DNA of 64,000 bases from the NCBI GenBank assembly GCA_018304505.1, contig JAGVWA010000001.1, forward strand, positions 68,363 through 132,362, in the 5' to 3' direction. Origin of the DNA: Nanobdellati archaeon. Lineage in GTDB: Archaea; B1Sed10-29; JAGVWA01. Both the position numbers and the translations under genes were made by a program. Of the stretch, positions 47,288 through 55,773 are shown one piece after another; position 1 is the stretch's first letter; every line of letters starts with the position of its first letter. Under the pieces are notes generated by a model. The model did not search any database and was not told the origin of the DNA. It was given only the letters and a program-made list of their open reading frames with translations.

Positions 47288-48076
47288 TTATCCTCCTAAA
47301 GACATGACATGAAACTCGCAAAATGTGCTGCCTGTGCCCCAGCACTTTGTCTCATTAACACTAATGGCTTCTGAGTTTTTAAACTTAACAAATGCCCCCC
47401 TCAAAAAGCCACGTATGTAATTGCACACGGCCCTGTTAACGTAGGGCATGCCAGCTGCAAATGCAGACTCATGGATTCGCAGCACTGCGTCCTTGGCGAT
47501 TTTTTGGTCGCCCTCAATTTTTTCCAGGATGCCGATGCCCTCTTCTTTGAATCTCTTTGCGACAACATCAATTAATTCATCCTTGCTATCTGGTTTAATT
47601 GATGACACAAATTCCCTCGCCTTCAATTCCCCAGCCTGCGATGCTACGCGCTCTGCCTGAAAGTCACCGGCGATATCATAAAGCGCTAAGTGCAGATTTC
47701 GCAAAACTGACACGTCGACGCTCGATTTCGTGGTCTTTCTTACAGATACATCTACATCAACGATATCCCCTTGCGACCCGAGGGACAGCACTTCCTTGGT
47801 GTCAAATTTTAGCCCCAGGGTTCTCTTGATGTCCTCAATCGCCGTAACCAAATCGACAGCAGCGCTAGCAATCTTTTCCTTCAGGTAATCAAAGCCCTGC
47901 CCTTCAACAAAGGCAGTGATCTTGCCATCGGAAAAAAAGAAGATTCTCACTTCATCAGAACGCCGCTCCAGGACAGTTTTTTCCTCGTCAGCATAATCTA
48001 GATAATCAAGCTTTGACAGCTTGCCTAAGTCAAGCTGATGCTTTAAATCATAGACCATCGCTTCTGATTTCAACAT
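47288..48076 (-). CDS. V4R (4-vinyl reductase-like) domain protein, probable partner of the KaiC-like ATPase
   Basis: C-terminal GMPYVNRAVCNYIRGFLRGAFVKF...ETKCWGTGSTFCEF is typical of V4R. Adjacent and co-directional with the KaiC-like gene. Confidence 0.5.
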   Translation of the reverse strand: MLKSEAMVYDLKHQLDLGKLSKLDYLDYADEEKTVLERRSDEVRIFFFSDGKITAFVEGQGFDYLKEKIASAAVDLVTAIEDIKRTLGLKFDTKEVLSLGSQGDIVDVDVSVRKTTKSSVDVSVLRNLHLALYDIAGDFQAERVASQAGELKAREFVSSIKPDSKDELIDVVAKRFKEEGIGILEKIEGDQKIAKDAVLRIHESAFAAGMPYVNRAVCNYIRGFLRGAFVKFKNSEAISVNETKCWGTGSTFCEFHVMSLGG

Positions 48077-48143
48077 ACTCACCTTTTGATACACGCACAC
48101 CTTTTGCTACAACCACACTCGCAACAGCCATTAACAGCACGCG

Positions 48144-48845
48144 CTACAAGAGCTCTTCTTGCAGAAGCACTATGCCTTCTGGCGTTATGTGGAATGGATA
48201 AATGTTCTTGCTGTGATCAGTGCCGCGCATTTTCAAGATCTCCAGGGCCCTGATGCGCTCGTTCTTCCGGGTAAAGTTGTACAGCACAATGACCCCGTCG
48301 GTAATAAACTCCTCAAGGCCGAACTCAATGCCGCCACGCTCCGAAAACGACCGCTCTGCAATTAATAAGGTTGTCACGTCCTGCTGCCCAAGGAACTCGA
48401 GCATGTTGAAAAGCCCGACCCTGAACTCGGTTTCGTTTTTGAAACACATGTGCATCAGGGACAGCGGGTCGATAACGATCCGCTTGACATTCTGTTGTAG
48501 TATCGTTGACTGCATCATATCCATCAGATTCTGGAAGTTGAACTTCTCCATTTTCAAGATGAACAAATCCTGGTTTTCAACAAGCTCCTTGAGATTCCAG
48601 CCAAAAGCCTGCCCCGTATCCTGGATTAAGCGCTCTGGCGTCTCTTCAAGGCTCAGGTAAGCGCCTTTTTGACCATGCTTTATAAAACCATTGTACAGGT
48701 ACTGCATTCCAAACATGGTTTTTCCAGAGCCCGGGCCGCCCATCACGAGCACGTTGTGTTTCCTAGGTAAGCCCCCATTGAGCATTTCGTCAAGCCCTTC
48801 GATACCCGTCAAAACTTTTTCAAGCGCCTTCACCATACTTGACAT
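48144..48845 (-). CDS. Single-domain KaiC-like/RecA-superfamily ATPase
   Basis: GIEGLDEMLNGGLPRKHNVLVMGGPGSGKT Walker A within the KaiC signature. Confidence 0.8.
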   Translation of the reverse strand: MSSMVKALEKVLTGIEGLDEMLNGGLPRKHNVLVMGGPGSGKTMFGMQYLYNGFIKHGQKGAYLSLEETPERLIQDTGQAFGWNLKELVENQDLFILKMEKFNFQNLMDMMQSTILQQNVKRIVIDPLSLMHMCFKNETEFRVGLFNMLEFLGQQDVTTLLIAERSFSERGGIEFGLEEFITDGVIVLYNFTRKNERIRALEILKMRGTDHSKNIYPFHITPEGIVLLQEELL

Positions 48846-48916
48846 AATGAACGCTTGATTAATAAAACCTACGCCATTGCCAAAAAATTTGGTCCAAAAC
48901 CCCTGTTCATTTATAA

Positions 48917-48928
48917 AGCTTTATATAT
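48917..48928 (+). promoter_or_regulatory. BRE/TATA promoter (aaagcTTTATATAT) upstream of the TBP gene
   Basis: Same consensus as the S-layer and GT2 promoters. GGAGG sits at 48990-48994. Confidence 0.45.
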
Positions 48929-49001
48929 GAAGACGTTCAGAACCAATGTGGGGTTTATAAATACCCAGAACAGCCCTAATTTTCAACGAGGAGGTAAAAA
49001 A

Positions 49002-49976
49002 ATGGAGATTGATTTTAACATCGTGAACATCGTAGCATCAGCCAATCTAGACTGCGAACTCGACCTTTACAGCATCGCGCGCGAAGTAGACAACGTGGAA
49101 TACGAACCAGAACAATTCCCCGGTGCAATACTGAAACTAAAGTCACCGAAGACCAGCCTGCTTTTGTTCAAAAACGGCAAACTAATATGCACAGGCGCAA
49201 GAAGCGAAGAAGACGTAGGAAAGGCTGTAAATCGGACCTTCGAGAAAATCAAGCACTGCGTCCGGGGCAAGGTTGCAGATAAACCAGACATACCATTCGA
49301 AATCGTGAACATCGTAGCTGCAGCCAACCTTGAAAAGGAACTTGACCTTTACGGCATCGCGCGCGAAGTAGACAACGTGGAATATGAACCAGAACAATTC
49401 CCCGGTGCAATACTGAAACTAAAGAAACCGAAGACCAGCCTGCTTTTGTTCAAAAACGGCAAACTAATATGCACAGGCGCAAGAAGCGAAGAAGACGTAG
49501 GAAAAGCCCTGTCAGTAGCCGTGGAAGCCATAAAAGACAACATCAAGGGCAAGGCCAAGGAGAAGCCCAAGGAGGAGCGCAAGCTGACCCAGGTCTCCAA
49601 GACCAAACAAGAGATCATAACACCAACAATCACCTTTGAAGGCAAGAAGAAACCCAAGAGGAAGGTTGTTGCCGCGCTAAAAGAAGCGGTGGCAAAACCA
49701 AAAGCAACGGCGGTAAAGCCAGTAGTAAGGGCAAAAGCCCCCAAGGCAAAACCAAAAGCAGTGGCAGCAGCAAAAACAAAAACAAAGGCACCGACAAAGA
49801 AACCAGCAATGAAGAAAAAAGCAGCCCCACGAAAAGCAAAGGCCACAAAGAAAGTGACGGCCAAAAAAACCCCCACGAAGAAAGCAGTAAAGAAAAAAAC
49901 AGCAACATCAAGTGCAAAGAAAAAGCCACAGAAAAAGGGGGCACTTTCACGGCTGTTAAAAGCGGTCCGCGGCTGA
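49002..49976 (+). CDS. tbp: TATA-box binding protein with near-identical internal repeats and a Lys/Ala/Pro-rich basic C-terminal tail
   Basis: Two TBP repeats (IVNIVASANL...EYEPEQFPGAILKL...LLFKNGKLICTGARSEEDV). A ~140-aa KAKPKA/KKT-type tail follows. Start trimmed to MEIDFN. Confidence 0.9.
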   Translation: MEIDFNIVNIVASANLDCELDLYSIAREVDNVEYEPEQFPGAILKLKSPKTSLLLFKNGKLICTGARSEEDVGKAVNRTFEKIKHCVRGKVADKPDIPFEIVNIVAAANLEKELDLYGIAREVDNVEYEPEQFPGAILKLKKPKTSLLLFKNGKLICTGARSEEDVGKALSVAVEAIKDNIKGKAKEKPKEERKLTQVSKTKQEIITPTITFEGKKKPKRKVVAALKEAVAKPKATAVKPVVRAKAPKAKPKAVAAAKTKTKAPTKKPAMKKKAAPRKAKATKKVTAKKTPTKKAVKKKTATSSAKKKPQKKGALSRLLKAVRG

Positions 49977-49988
49977 GCGGACAGCTCT

Positions 49989-50657
49989 TTATTTCTTATC
50001 CTTTTTCTCGTTCTTCACAAACCGGAAGCCCCCTGGCCTGCGAATGGCCTCGAGGCGCTTCTTGTACTTTTTCTCCTCTTCTTCTGACTTCTTTATTTCC
50101 TGAAAAATCTGCTCAACATTAAATGCCAACAGAAGCAGCTCGTACACATTTCCAAGCTTGTCAGGCCGTGCCTTGTATCTAACGAATTCCTCCCTGATGG
50201 CGTTGACTACGCTGCCAATAGTCGCTGTTTTTGGCATGAAGCCTATTATCCGCTCAAGTTCTTTGACCAACGCCTTTTTGTCATTCATGATCTCCTGCTT
50301 GGGGGCTATGTTCTGTACCGCCAGCATCGCAAACTGGTGGAGCTCTTCGATTGATACGTGCGCCGGCTCCTGCATTTGATACATGCCGGTGTAAAAGTCC
50401 TTTTCTGGCATGCTGCCAAAGATTTTTTTCGTCATCCTGCGGACATACAGCGCCTTGGATGAAAAATAAGTCGCCTCTGAATCAGAACCCTGCGCGCTGG
50501 CCTGAGCACTCATGTTTATGTAGTTGTCCGCGAGCATCGCAAAAGCGAAGTGCAAAACGTGGCGCTTCTCGACATCTTTGTAAACAATCAGGTTCTTTAG
50601 GTCCTCAGAATGCTTTTTCAAGTCTTCTATGAATTTATCAATAAGCGACGCATCCAT
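49989..50657 (-). CDS. hypothetical protein
   Basis: 222 aa, helical, with a basic C-terminus. Confidence 0.4.
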   Translation of the reverse strand: MDASLIDKFIEDLKKHSEDLKNLIVYKDVEKRHVLHFAFAMLADNYINMSAQASAQGSDSEATYFSSKALYVRRMTKKIFGSMPEKDFYTGMYQMQEPAHVSIEELHQFAMLAVQNIAPKQEIMNDKKALVKELERIIGFMPKTATIGSVVNAIREEFVRYKARPDKLGNVYELLLLAFNVEQIFQEIKKSEEEEKKYKKRLEAIRRPGGFRFVKNEKKDKK

Positions 50658-50704
50658 GGATATCTAAACTTACCAAGCAATTTAAAGATATCCATAAACT
50701 GGAT

Positions 50705-51550
50705 TCAATTGGATCCGCTGGCGGACAGCTCGAACAGCTTCTTAAAATAGTCCAGCTGCTCCTTGCCCAATCCGAGCAGGGGCGCCAGCACCAGCTTGCC
50801 CGAACCGTTCTTGATTCTCGAATAGGTTTGCAGGTCAGATGCTCCAGAAACAAGCGTTCCTAGGCGCGTTTGCTTAACATCCGCAAGGTCACTGTACCCA
50901 TGTACATCGATCTTGTGGCCATTCATATAATTATTCACGGATGCCTCCAATGCCGGCTTGCGGTTTTTCGCATAAAACACGGGAAGTGCTCCGCGCTTCA
51001 TCACCAAAAGCGCCGCCAGGGCATCATTCTCGTTGTCCAACAAAGCAGCAGCATGCTCTCCAGTGCCCATTGGCAGACCCCCTAGGCCCTTAAAGCTCTG
51101 CGTTGAAATGTAAGCCTTCCCTTTGTATATCTCGATCTTGATTTCAAATCCGGGGTTTTTCAAGTCGACCTTCGTATTGGTTAAGTCCTTAAGCGCCCCG
51201 CCGACGTGCCTTGATATTTCAGGCGACGTCATTTCCATTTCCTTTGAAAGCCGCTGCGTGTTCACTGCAAAGGTTTCCGCTTTACCCACATCTGATTCAT
51301 ATTGCATGCACGCCGCAGTAATGAGATCCAGGTTTGCCTCAACAACCGTGCATTGGGAATAGGTCGTCACGCCAAACACACGGCCAATGCTCTTCAACGC
51401 AAGCTCATAATTTTCAACGTAAACCGCGATGCGCCAGTACAAGTTACTCACCTTGGCTTCCGGCAGTACCATACGCAGGTTCCTCGCCAGCTGCGAAATG
51501 AATCTCTTTCTTACAGGCGGCGATTTTGTGAAGATTTCCCCGTGCCTTAC
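50705..51550 (-). CDS. ThiI-like THUMP-domain protein with degenerate PP-loop
   Basis: N-terminus MIIVRHGEIFTKSPPVRKRF matches ThiI. At the position where ThiI has SGGIDS, this protein has LLDNENDALAALLVMKRG. The C-terminus is short. Confidence 0.5.
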   Translation of the reverse strand, partial: VRHGEIFTKSPPVRKRFISQLARNLRMVLPEAKVSNLYWRIAVYVENYELALKSIGRVFGVTTYSQCTVVEANLDLITAACMQYESDVGKAETFAVNTQRLSKEMEMTSPEISRHVGGALKDLTNTKVDLKNPGFEIKIEIYKGKAYISTQSFKGLGGLPMGTGEHAAALLDNENDALAALLVMKRGALPVFYAKNRKPALEASVNNYMNGHKIDVHGYSDLADVKQTRLGTLVSGASDLQTYSRIKNGSGKLVLAPLLGLGKEQLDYFKKLFELSASGSN

Positions 51551-51632
51551 AATTATCATGTTCAAAATATGATCTTTTTCGTTAAAAAGCGACATGGCAA
51601 GGTTTATAAAGCACATTATAGAAAAGATTTGC

Positions 51633-52361
51633 ATGAACTCATCCGCGGCAGAGGTATTGAGAGAAATAGAGCAAGGGGAACTAGCTAAGAAGACCATCGA
51701 TCTGTACATTGAAATGGCCCTCATGGGAACTGAAATAGAGCCTAGCCAAAACTTTGCCCACTGCCATGACGTGGCAATTAAGGCAGTGGAAGACGCAGTT
51801 AACGAAGGCAAGATCTATGACAGATATGCCTTGCAGAGAATCTATGCGGCCGGTTTCTTTCACAATTCACGATTTAATCCAGAAGAAATAGGCACAAAAC
51901 TCAATGACAAATCAATAGCAGACATCATAAACAAAAAATCAAAACACTGGGAACACGTCGCGTTCGCAGACGCCCGCGAAGCCCTGAAGACTGACCGGAT
52001 ATTTTCTGTCGGCTTGTTTGAAAGAAAATACCTATGGCTCATTCCAGGCATGAGAACAACGATGCTGGAACGCGGTTTAGTCCATAAATTCAATCAACTC
52101 CCAGAAAAACGACGGAAGCAATTGATGCCAAAGGTTGAGGAAAAAATCAGGAGCCAGGAAATCCAGAACCAAAAGGCCCTCGGACGAGACAAACAGGCCC
52201 TTGATCAGCTCGCAAAAGACGCGGTTAAAAGCCGCATACAACGGACGAGGGAAAAAATCAGGTACCTGCGTGAGATCCACCCTGATCTTGTCGAAAAATA
52301 TGGGAACGACTTTTCAGAAGACGCTGCAATACTCTTCATTAAAATGCCTGACACAAAATAA
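51633..52361 (+). CDS. hypothetical protein
   Basis: Divergent from the ThiI-like gene; no motif. Start chosen at MNSSAAEV. Confidence 0.35.
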   Translation: MNSSAAEVLREIEQGELAKKTIDLYIEMALMGTEIEPSQNFAHCHDVAIKAVEDAVNEGKIYDRYALQRIYAAGFFHNSRFNPEEIGTKLNDKSIADIINKKSKHWEHVAFADAREALKTDRIFSVGLFERKYLWLIPGMRTTMLERGLVHKFNQLPEKRRKQLMPKVEEKIRSQEIQNQKALGRDKQALDQLAKDAVKSRIQRTREKIRYLREIHPDLVEKYGNDFSEDAAILFIKMPDTK

Positions 52362-52370
52362 GCCATTTTT

Positions 52371-52922
52371 TTATTTATCAAGAATCAGATACATGTAGCC
52401 ATTTTCTTCAATGATTTTGCCATTGAATTCTTTATAAAACTCTCTCAACTCATCCTTAGACAGCCAGTCTTCATGATCATTTATCCCGTCTGCATCCAGA
52501 ACGTGATTAAATCTTTCAAGGAACCCCCCAGTGTCGTAAGGCTCTACCGCTATCACACGTTTCTTGGCTATCCTATTTGCTTGCCCCATTAAATCGTACT
52601 TCTTGGAGGGCATATGATGCAACGCGTCTATAATGACAACGGTATCTGCTTTTGGAATGTCTTTGTCGAGGACGTTCTTCAATATGACATTGAGGCCACG
52701 TTTTTTCCCATCGCTAATGAATTTCTTGTTCAAGTCATACCCTCTATAGTCCTGGTTTTTCAAGTGGCTCGCGAGCTTCGCAGAGCCACAGGCCAGGTCT
52801 ACAACTGAATTGCCCCTGACTTGTTGTGCTATGAAATCAAATCTTTTATTCCGTTCTTTGCCATGTATAATGTTTAAAATGAATTCATAGATCCAGGGAG
52901 AGGCATACAACGGGCTCTTCAT
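52371..52922 (-). CDS. Class I SAM-dependent methyltransferase
   Basis: Motif I VVDLACGSAKLA and an acidic residue after the beta2 strand. Confidence 0.6.
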   Translation of the reverse strand: MKSPLYASPWIYEFILNIIHGKERNKRFDFIAQQVRGNSVVDLACGSAKLASHLKNQDYRGYDLNKKFISDGKKRGLNVILKNVLDKDIPKADTVVIIDALHHMPSKKYDLMGQANRIAKKRVIAVEPYDTGGFLERFNHVLDADGINDHEDWLSKDELREFYKEFNGKIIEENGYMYLILDK

Positions 52923-53086
52923 GAATAATACATGGCATCTGCATTTATAAAACAAACACCTACATTTATTTACACACCCATAATAATGCATTACAGGGAT
53001 TCGAAAGTTTATGCAAAGATTTATATACCCCTTCCTTCAGAATTCGTATACTCAACAAAATTAACATAACAGAAGGTGAATTATAC

Positions 53087-53368
53087 ATGTGGGAAAACAG
53101 AATATCCGGAAGGGTTATTGACGTAGGCGCACTATCGCATTCCGACAGCCATGAGGGGGGCGCTACTATCCTCTTAGCAGGGCTGAAAAGTATGCTAGCG
53201 ATCGACCGTCAAAACTGGCAAAATCTCCAAGACCTAGTTCCGGGCGGGGGACGCGATAGTGCTATATGCGCACTGCACGACAAGGGTCCAGAGATAGAGA
53301 AAGCAGCATCTGACGACAGAACCGTTGTCCTGAATCCGTTTATCGCGAACATTGGAAAAGGGCAATAG
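53087..53368 (+). CDS. hypothetical protein
   Basis: 93 aa with no motif. Confidence 0.3.
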   Translation: MWENRISGRVIDVGALSHSDSHEGGATILLAGLKSMLAIDRQNWQNLQDLVPGGGRDSAICALHDKGPEIEKAASDDRTVVLNPFIANIGKGQ

Positions 53369-53385
53369 TTAATTTAAACATCAAC

Positions 53386-53772
53386 ATGCAAAAGAAGGGC
53401 ATGCGCTATGCATTGCCCCCCCTTTTATTTCTAGCACTCGTCCTGATTAGCGGCTGCACTGCCCCAAACACGCAGGACATCGATTACAGCACCGTAACGA
53501 GCAAGGCAACGCAGGCTAGTGGAGCAGCACAAGCTCCACGCGTGCTATACCTCAACGTCACGGGGCTATGGTGCGGCCAATGTGATGAGCGCGTAGAAAA
53601 CTTAATAGCAGCAGCCCCCGGCATTGAATCAGTTGAGGTCACGATTACTGACCGAGAAAACGAACTCGGGGTGGCGCGCGTTGTTTACGACCCCTCGCTG
53701 ATTATGAAAGAGCAAATCTCTGCACTGACAGAACCGTACTCTTCGAGCATTGTTTCTGACCGAGTTCTGTGA
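53386..53772 (+). CDS. Lipoprotein with HMA-like (heavy-metal-associated) domain
   Basis: Lipobox LISGC. GLWCGQCDERVE is a variant of the GMTCxxC metal-binding motif. Confidence 0.45.
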   Translation: MQKKGMRYALPPLLFLALVLISGCTAPNTQDIDYSTVTSKATQASGAAQAPRVLYLNVTGLWCGQCDERVENLIAAAPGIESVEVTITDRENELGVARVVYDPSLIMKEQISALTEPYSSSIVSDRVL

Positions 53773-53783
53773 CAAAACCAAGG

Positions 53784-53820
53784 TAAGTGAAAAGCGTCCC
53801 CACCGGGATTTTCTCCGCAA
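53784..53820. repeat. R1: direct repeat derived from the tRNA 3' end (aagtgaaaagcgtccccaccgggatt + ttctccgcaa)
   Basis: On the minus strand it reads GCGGAGAAAAUCCCGGUGGGGACGC-UUUUCACUUA, which equals the downstream tRNA 3' exon with an internal deletion. Confidence 0.6.
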
Positions 53821-53902
53821 ACCAACGCGCGCTTAATAAATGCACAATAAATCAACAATAAACCTTATATACAATAAACACTGAATATACATTGGTGATG
53901 CA

Positions 53903-54139
53903 ATGAATGTAGCTCTAGGAACCCCCTATGAAGTAATCATGACCAAGCTCATTGAAAGAGGCTATGCTGGAAACCAAACCGAGGTAATTAGACAAGCACT
54001 CATGGCTTATGAACGCCAAGTAGACCAAGAGGAAGTTGAGCTCGTTAACAAGGCCATTGAACTCGACATGCAAGACATACGATCCAGCAAGGCGAAAACA
54101 TACAGCCTGGCAGAAGTAAAGAAAAAACTCAAACTGTGA
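53903..54139 (+). CDS. ParD/CopG-type antitoxin
   Basis: 78 aa; KLIERGYAGNQTEVIRQALMAYE matches the COG3609 antitoxin. Confidence 0.6.
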   Translation: MNVALGTPYEVIMTKLIERGYAGNQTEVIRQALMAYERQVDQEEVELVNKAIELDMQDIRSSKAKTYSLAEVKKKLKL

Positions 54140-54405
54140 TTTTCATGGAAATTGAGTTTTCAGAGCTAGCACTAAAACAGCTAGGCAACATGGACAAACA
54201 TCTACAGACCTTATTTTACAAACACGCCGAGAAATTACAAAACTTGCCCCCGCGGCGGCACATGAAATTCGGCATGCCGTTCAACGTTGAAGAAGTGACA
54301 AAACAAGCGCGCATGCTCTATGATATTGAAGAAAACACGATGTATATCACCCGGTGTTTCGCAACCCACAAGGACTATGAGAAATTTTTCACGTCCTACA
54401 AGTGA
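54136..54405 (+). CDS. ParE/RelE-family toxin
   Basis: 89 aa with a 4-nt overlap with the antitoxin and the C-terminal RCFATHKDYEKF (H-K-D-Y) motif. Confidence 0.6.
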   Translation: MIFMEIEFSELALKQLGNMDKHLQTLFYKHAEKLQNLPPRRHMKFGMPFNVEEVTKQARMLYDIEENTMYITRCFATHKDYEKFFTSYK

Positions 54406-54409
54406 AAAA

Positions 54410-54433
54410 TAAGTGAAAAGCGTCCCCGCCAAG
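54410..54433. repeat. R2: direct repeat (taagtgaaaagcgtccccgccaag)
   Basis: Shares the AGTGAAAAGCGTCCCCGCC core with R1, R3 and the tRNA 3' end. Confidence 0.6.
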
Positions 54434-54544
54434 TTTATGCTTTAGAGAAAAAAACCTGTTCTAAAATATCAGCTTGCTTTAAAATGCTCTTAAAGGTCTT
54501 CCGTGGCAACTGGCCCTTTTTGTCAGGCACAACCGCTGTTAACT

Positions 54545-54661
54545 TAACTTCACCCTAGAATTTAATAAGGCATACAGGGCTTCCCTTGCGCCGTATTGGT
54601 GAGAATCCGAAGTTGTTGCACAGAATCTTGAGAACGTCATGCCCTGACAACGGTTTTCGCT
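54545..54661 (-). pseudogene. Truncated HicA-like toxin remnant (38 aa)
   Basis: MSQKRKPLSGHDVLKILCNNFGFSPIRRKGSPVCLIKF resembles the HicA N-terminus (ILKK.GF...R.KGSH) but stops early. It overlaps the hicB 3' end by ~25 nt. Confidence 0.3.
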
Positions 54662-54939
54662 TCTGCGACATCGCTTCCCCCCTCCCGCGCAAGGTTTACC
54701 TTGACCTTTATTGGGGGGTTTTCCTCATAGTATACTGAAAGTGCTTCTTCAAATGCCTTTACAGCTTCTTGTTTTGTATCGCCATAACTGCTGACGTGGG
54801 TCACGGGATCTGTCACTACCCAGACCGCACCTTCTTTCTCGATCTCGATTTTTCTCCTCTCAATCTTGTTGAATTGAATTTCAACAGTTTTTAGAGCCAT
54901 CATATTTATTGCCCCCCCTGCGTTAATAAACCTTGGCAT
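54637..54939 (-). CDS. HicB-like (UPF0150) antitoxin
   Basis: VWVVTDPVTHVSSYGDTKQEAVKAFEEALSVYYEE matches the HicB/COG1598 consensus. Confidence 0.55.
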   Translation of the reverse strand: MPRFINAGGAINMMALKTVEIQFNKIERRKIEIEKEGAVWVVTDPVTHVSSYGDTKQEAVKAFEEALSVYYEENPPIKVKVNLAREGGSDVAEAKTVVRA

Positions 54940-55007
54940 AACTTATGACTGGCTTTGCTTATAACGATTTTGCCACAGGAGATAGTTTAAACTGGTTTAA
55001 ACCAGAA

Positions 55008-55035
55008 TGAGTAAAAAGCGTCCCCGCCGGGATTC
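55008..55035. repeat. R3: direct repeat (tgagtaaaaagcgtccccgccgggattcc)
   Basis: Its last 18 nt (gcgtccccgccgggattc) are identical to the tRNA 3' end at 55774-55791. Confidence 0.6.
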
Positions 55036-55126
55036 CATTGATGATGTGAAATGACACCAACCTTTATATACGAGTTAATACAAAATAGTTATTAAGTAAT
55101 ATCAATTCATGGGGGGGTAATGTAAA

Positions 55127-55420
55127 ATGGCAGGGCACGGGCAAACCGTAATGATACAAAAGCAGATGGTGCACCCATCACCGACACTGAATACAGTAAT
55201 AATGGTCGAAGAAACATTGAAGAACATGCCTGGAAGCGTTATGAAGGTATCAGATCTCAAACGGGCACTACCAAAAAAGGTTAACCACAACGCCCTTATG
55301 GTGATTTTAGAATACTTAGACATAAGCAACAAAATCTACATCGGTGTAAAGGGTATCACCTGGCTAGGAGAACCAAATAAGAGGCTACAACGGGCCATAG
55401 ATACAGGTTTCGAACTATGA
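55127..55420 (+). CDS. putative antitoxin (wHTH-like) of the third TA module
   Basis: 97 aa with a 4-nt overlap with the downstream RelE/ParE-like toxin. Confidence 0.35.
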   Translation: MAGHGQTVMIQKQMVHPSPTLNTVIMVEETLKNMPGSVMKVSDLKRALPKKVNHNALMVILEYLDISNKIYIGVKGITWLGEPNKRLQRAIDTGFEL

Positions 55421-55764
55421 AAACAACAAGGGTCGTTTTTTCAGATGAAGCAGAGGAAGTCTACAAATATCTAAATGTGCAGGCTAAGAAATCAAAAATA
55501 GAAGCCAGCATCTTAAGGGCCATCAAAAACAAATCAGAACTCATAAAAGCTAATCCCCAATACGGCGAGACTATAGCTAAAAGCAAAATACCTGAAGACT
55601 ACAAAATCAAGTACGATGTTAAAAGCCTGTACTGGGTTCCCCTGCCAAATTTTTGGCGCATGTTTTACACGCTTTCCAAAAATGGAGAAATAGAAATCAT
55701 AGCCTTTGTTCTAGATTTTCTTGACCACAAACAGTACAATAAGAAATTTGGATACAAAAGTTAG
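55417..55764 (+). CDS. RelE/ParE-superfamily toxin
   Basis: 115 aa; C-terminal LDFLDHKQYNKKFGY has the H-K-x-Y signature. Confidence 0.5.
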   Translation: MKTTRVVFSDEAEEVYKYLNVQAKKSKIEASILRAIKNKSELIKANPQYGETIAKSKIPEDYKIKYDVKSLYWVPLPNFWRMFYTLSKNGEIEIIAFVLDFLDHKQYNKKFGYKS

Positions 55765-55773
55765 CAAAGAAGC

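Noticed and set aside
49349-49950. Minus-strand ORFs (175 aa, 106 aa) across the TBP tail
   Set aside because: They are antisense to the Lys/Ala-rich repeat region and are low-complexity artefacts.
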